DNA from: Candidatus Hadarchaeota archaeon
GTDB lineage: Archaea; CAYQAE01; CAYVLA01
Direction: 5' to 3'
Assembly (NCBI GenBank): GCA_964621445.1
Contig: CAZUNO010000031.1
Span: 1 to 29,142, forward strand
Length of the DNA stretch: 29,142 nucleotides
Positions 27,144 to 29,142 of the stretch are shown piece by piece. Numbering within the stretch: position 1 is the first letter of the stretch; every line of letters begins with the position of its first letter. The position numbers and the translations under genes were made by a program. Under the pieces are notes generated by a model that did not search any database, had not been told where the DNA came from, and saw only the letters and a list, made by a program, of their open reading frames with translations.

Positions 27144-28547
27144 CTAGCTTTCCACGGGGAGACCCGACTTGTTCCAGGACATCATGCCCCCGAGGAGAGT
27201 TGATACCTCTTCCCATCCCTCCCTTTTCAGGATGCTGGAGGCCATACTGGACCTGGTCCCGATCCCGCAAACCGTGACCACCGGACCTTCAGGAAGATCC
27301 GAAACCTCGTTTTCCAGCTCGCCAACATGGATGTTTTTGGCCCCCTCAATGTATCCCTCCTGGAACTCCTCATCGCTACGAACATCGAGGACGGTTATAT
27401 CGGGTTCCCTTTCAAGCCGGTCCAGGAGCTGGGTGGGGGATAATAGATCGATTTGGTCGTATTCCATCCCTTCCTTGTACCACTCCTCCATTCCGCATAT
27501 CTTGGAACCACCACATAGGTATCCGTCAATATTATCGTAACCGAGCCTGAAAAGGAACCTGGTGGCCTGATCCAGATCGGAGCTGTCATCTAGAACCAAA
27601 AGAATTGGTTCGTCATAGGGCATCACCCACCCGGCGTAGAGGGGGATACCTTCCAGCCAGATGTTGTAAGATCCGGGGATATGTGCTGAGCTAAAGCAGC
27701 CGGGGAGCCTGGCATCAAGTGCAACTCCTCCCCTATCGAGTAGATCCCGTGCCTCCTGCGCTCCCATCTGGCCCGGCGTCGGGAGGTGGTCCCTGGGTGG
27801 AGCTCCCTGTTGATTATATCTCTCCATCATCTTGAAGTAAGGAGGCGTGGGCAGGATTTCCTGGGACTTCTTCTCAATGAAATCCTGCCGGTTCAACTGG
27901 AGCTTTTGGTTAAACTTCCTCTCCAGGCCCAGGGTGCTCTCCTCCCGTTCACTTATGGAGCCTCCACATACTGAGCCTCCGCCATGTGCAGGACAAAGTA
28001 TAACCTCGTCTCCGAGGGGTAGTAGCTTATCATGAATGCTCTTGTATAGTGCACGAGCAAGTCGTTCTGATTCCTCTGGACCGTAGAGGTCAGTTCTTCC
28101 CACATCCCCCACGAAGAGGGCATCACCGGTGAACACCATTAGGGGCTGACCCTGGGTTGTGGGATCTGAAACCGAGTAAGAAGTGCTCTCATCGGTGTGG
28201 CCGGGGGTATGGATGGCCGTTAGATCGAGCTCGCCGACCGAAAAGTTCTCGCCATCATCTATGGTTGTTCCGTATTGAAAGTCCAGTCCGGGGCCATGGA
28301 GGATTTCAGCACCCGTGGCCTCCTGCAGATCAATGGAGCCTATGGTGTAATCCTCATTTCTGTGGGTTTCAAGGACGTATTTGATGATTAGGCGCTCCTT
28401 CCTGGCCATCTCCGTGTAGACTTTACAATCACGCCTTGGGTCAATCACGGCCGCTTCGGGCTCGGAGCCAAGGAAGTATGAGATATGCGCCAAACCCTCC
28501 GACCTAATCTTCCGAAATATCATTTCCAGACCATCTCTTGTGGTCAT
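27144..28547 (-). CDS. MBL-fold metallohydrolase (persulfide dioxygenase / glyoxalase II-like) fused to two rhodanese domains
   Basis: LAHISY, VIDPRRD, ETHRNEDY, HTPGHTDES, FTGDALFVGDVGRTDL, PAHGGGSVCG. Rhodanese 1 (LDAR...HIPGS, no active-site Cys); rhodanese 2 (LDVRSDEEF..GYIEGA, CGIGTRS, LLGGMMSW). Start may be ATG 28523. Confidence 0.92.
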   Translation of the reverse strand: MTTRDGLEMIFRKIRSEGLAHISYFLGSEPEAAVIDPRRDCKVYTEMARKERLIIKYVLETHRNEDYTIGSIDLQEATGAEILHGPGLDFQYGTTIDDGENFSVGELDLTAIHTPGHTDESTSYSVSDPTTQGQPLMVFTGDALFVGDVGRTDLYGPEESERLARALYKSIHDKLLPLGDEVILCPAHGGGSVCGGSISEREESTLGLERKFNQKLQLNRQDFIEKKSQEILPTPPYFKMMERYNQQGAPPRDHLPTPGQMGAQEARDLLDRGGVALDARLPGCFSSAHIPGSYNIWLEGIPLYAGWVMPYDEPILLVLDDSSDLDQATRFLFRLGYDNIDGYLCGGSKICGMEEWYKEGMEYDQIDLLSPTQLLDRLEREPDITVLDVRSDEEFQEGYIEGAKNIHVGELENEVSDLPEGPVVTVCGIGTRSSMASSILKREGWEEVSTLLGGMMSWNKSGLPVES

Positions 28548-28704
28548 TTACTCTTATCACGGAAAAAGATACCGCAAGACAGCTCGGGATACGGAATTTG
28601 ACAGGTAAAATAATGGGAATAATCACGAAATGATAGCTCTGAGAGTGCCGATAAGGGAATCACTAAAAAGGGAGTGTACAATATAATTTGCGGAGGTGAG
28701 CAAA

Positions 28705-28911
28705 ATGCAGGGAACGGTGAAGTTCTTTGATAACAGAAAGAATTTCGGTTTCATAGAGCCCGACGAGGGAAACGAAGATTGCTTTGTACACAGAGCCGAC
28801 GTAGAAGGCGATTCACCCTTCGGTAGTCCTCTCAACGAGGGAGACCGAGTAGAGTTCGAAATCGAAGAGGCCGAAAAGGGGCCAAAGGCAGTAAATGTGA
28901 AGAAGATCTGA
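28705..28911 (+). CDS. csp: Cold-shock domain protein
   Basis: GTVKFFDNRKNFGFI (RNP1), DCFVHRAD (RNP2), LNEGDRVEFEI...KGPKAVNV. ATG 28705 follows GGAGGTGA at 28692-28699. Confidence 0.95.
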   Translation: MQGTVKFFDNRKNFGFIEPDEGNEDCFVHRADVEGDSPFGSPLNEGDRVEFEIEEAEKGPKAVNVKKI

Positions 28912-29142
28912 ATCTAATCAGGGTTACTAGTGCTTGTACTGCATGAAATGGAGGTATCAACCCCCGTTTCGTGTGCATCAAGGCATGATGAAAGCCTCTT
29001 TTTTGGGGTTTGTGACAGCTTTTTCAAGACATTAAGTTTTACCGCCGGTGGTAGAATTTTTTCCGCCGGCTCAGACCCTTTTATGTTCCAAAAACCGTAA
29101 CTGTTTAGCTGGTTGTGGTTTGGGTTATTTGTTGGTAGGGGT

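Noticed and set aside
28598-28625. TTGACA as a bacterial sigma70 -35 box for csp
   Set aside because: No convincing -10 hexamer at 16-18 bp spacing, and the other signals look archaeal.
1-29142. Mobile element, prophage or defence system
   Set aside because: I recognised no transposase, integrase, terminal inverted repeats, viral structural genes, or nuclease/ATPase defence domains.

Overview
Gene-dense window that is probably archaeal. This is an inference from GGAGGTGA-type ribosome-binding sites, TTTATTAA-type TATA boxes, an Lrp/AsnC regulator, a hydBGDA operon and a PE-[TM] C-terminal sorting-like tail; the lineage cannot be fixed from the sequence alone. Left to right it holds: a PQQ/BamB-like beta-propeller gene broken by one in-frame TGA; a 987-aa secreted protein (7 x 52-aa repeats, PKD, FG-GAP-like repeats); a remnant of an FAD-oxidoreductase gene; Lrp/AsnC divergent from GTP-dependent PEP carboxykinase; a CocE/NonD hydrolase; a group 3b [NiFe] sulfhydrogenase operon (hydB-G-D-A) coupled to a ferritin/rubrerythrin-like gene; an (alpha/alpha)6 glycosidase-like protein; small membrane proteins; two paralogs of an uncharacterised membrane-anchored protein (one split by two compensating frameshifts); a SAM methyltransferase; an alpha/beta hydrolase; a sulfatase; a beta-helix protein; an FAD-oxidoreductase fused to a degenerate sialidase-like propeller; an MBL-fold/double-rhodanese protein; and a cold-shock protein. 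I saw no rRNA, tRNA, CRISPR array, transposase or integrase. The most unusual signals are (i) sharply bounded G+T versus A+C strand-skew islands that override codon usage inside genes regardless of coding strand, (ii) the FAD-oxidoreductase::sialidase-like fusion among carbohydrate de-decorating enzymes, and (iii) the paralogous membrane-anchored family.
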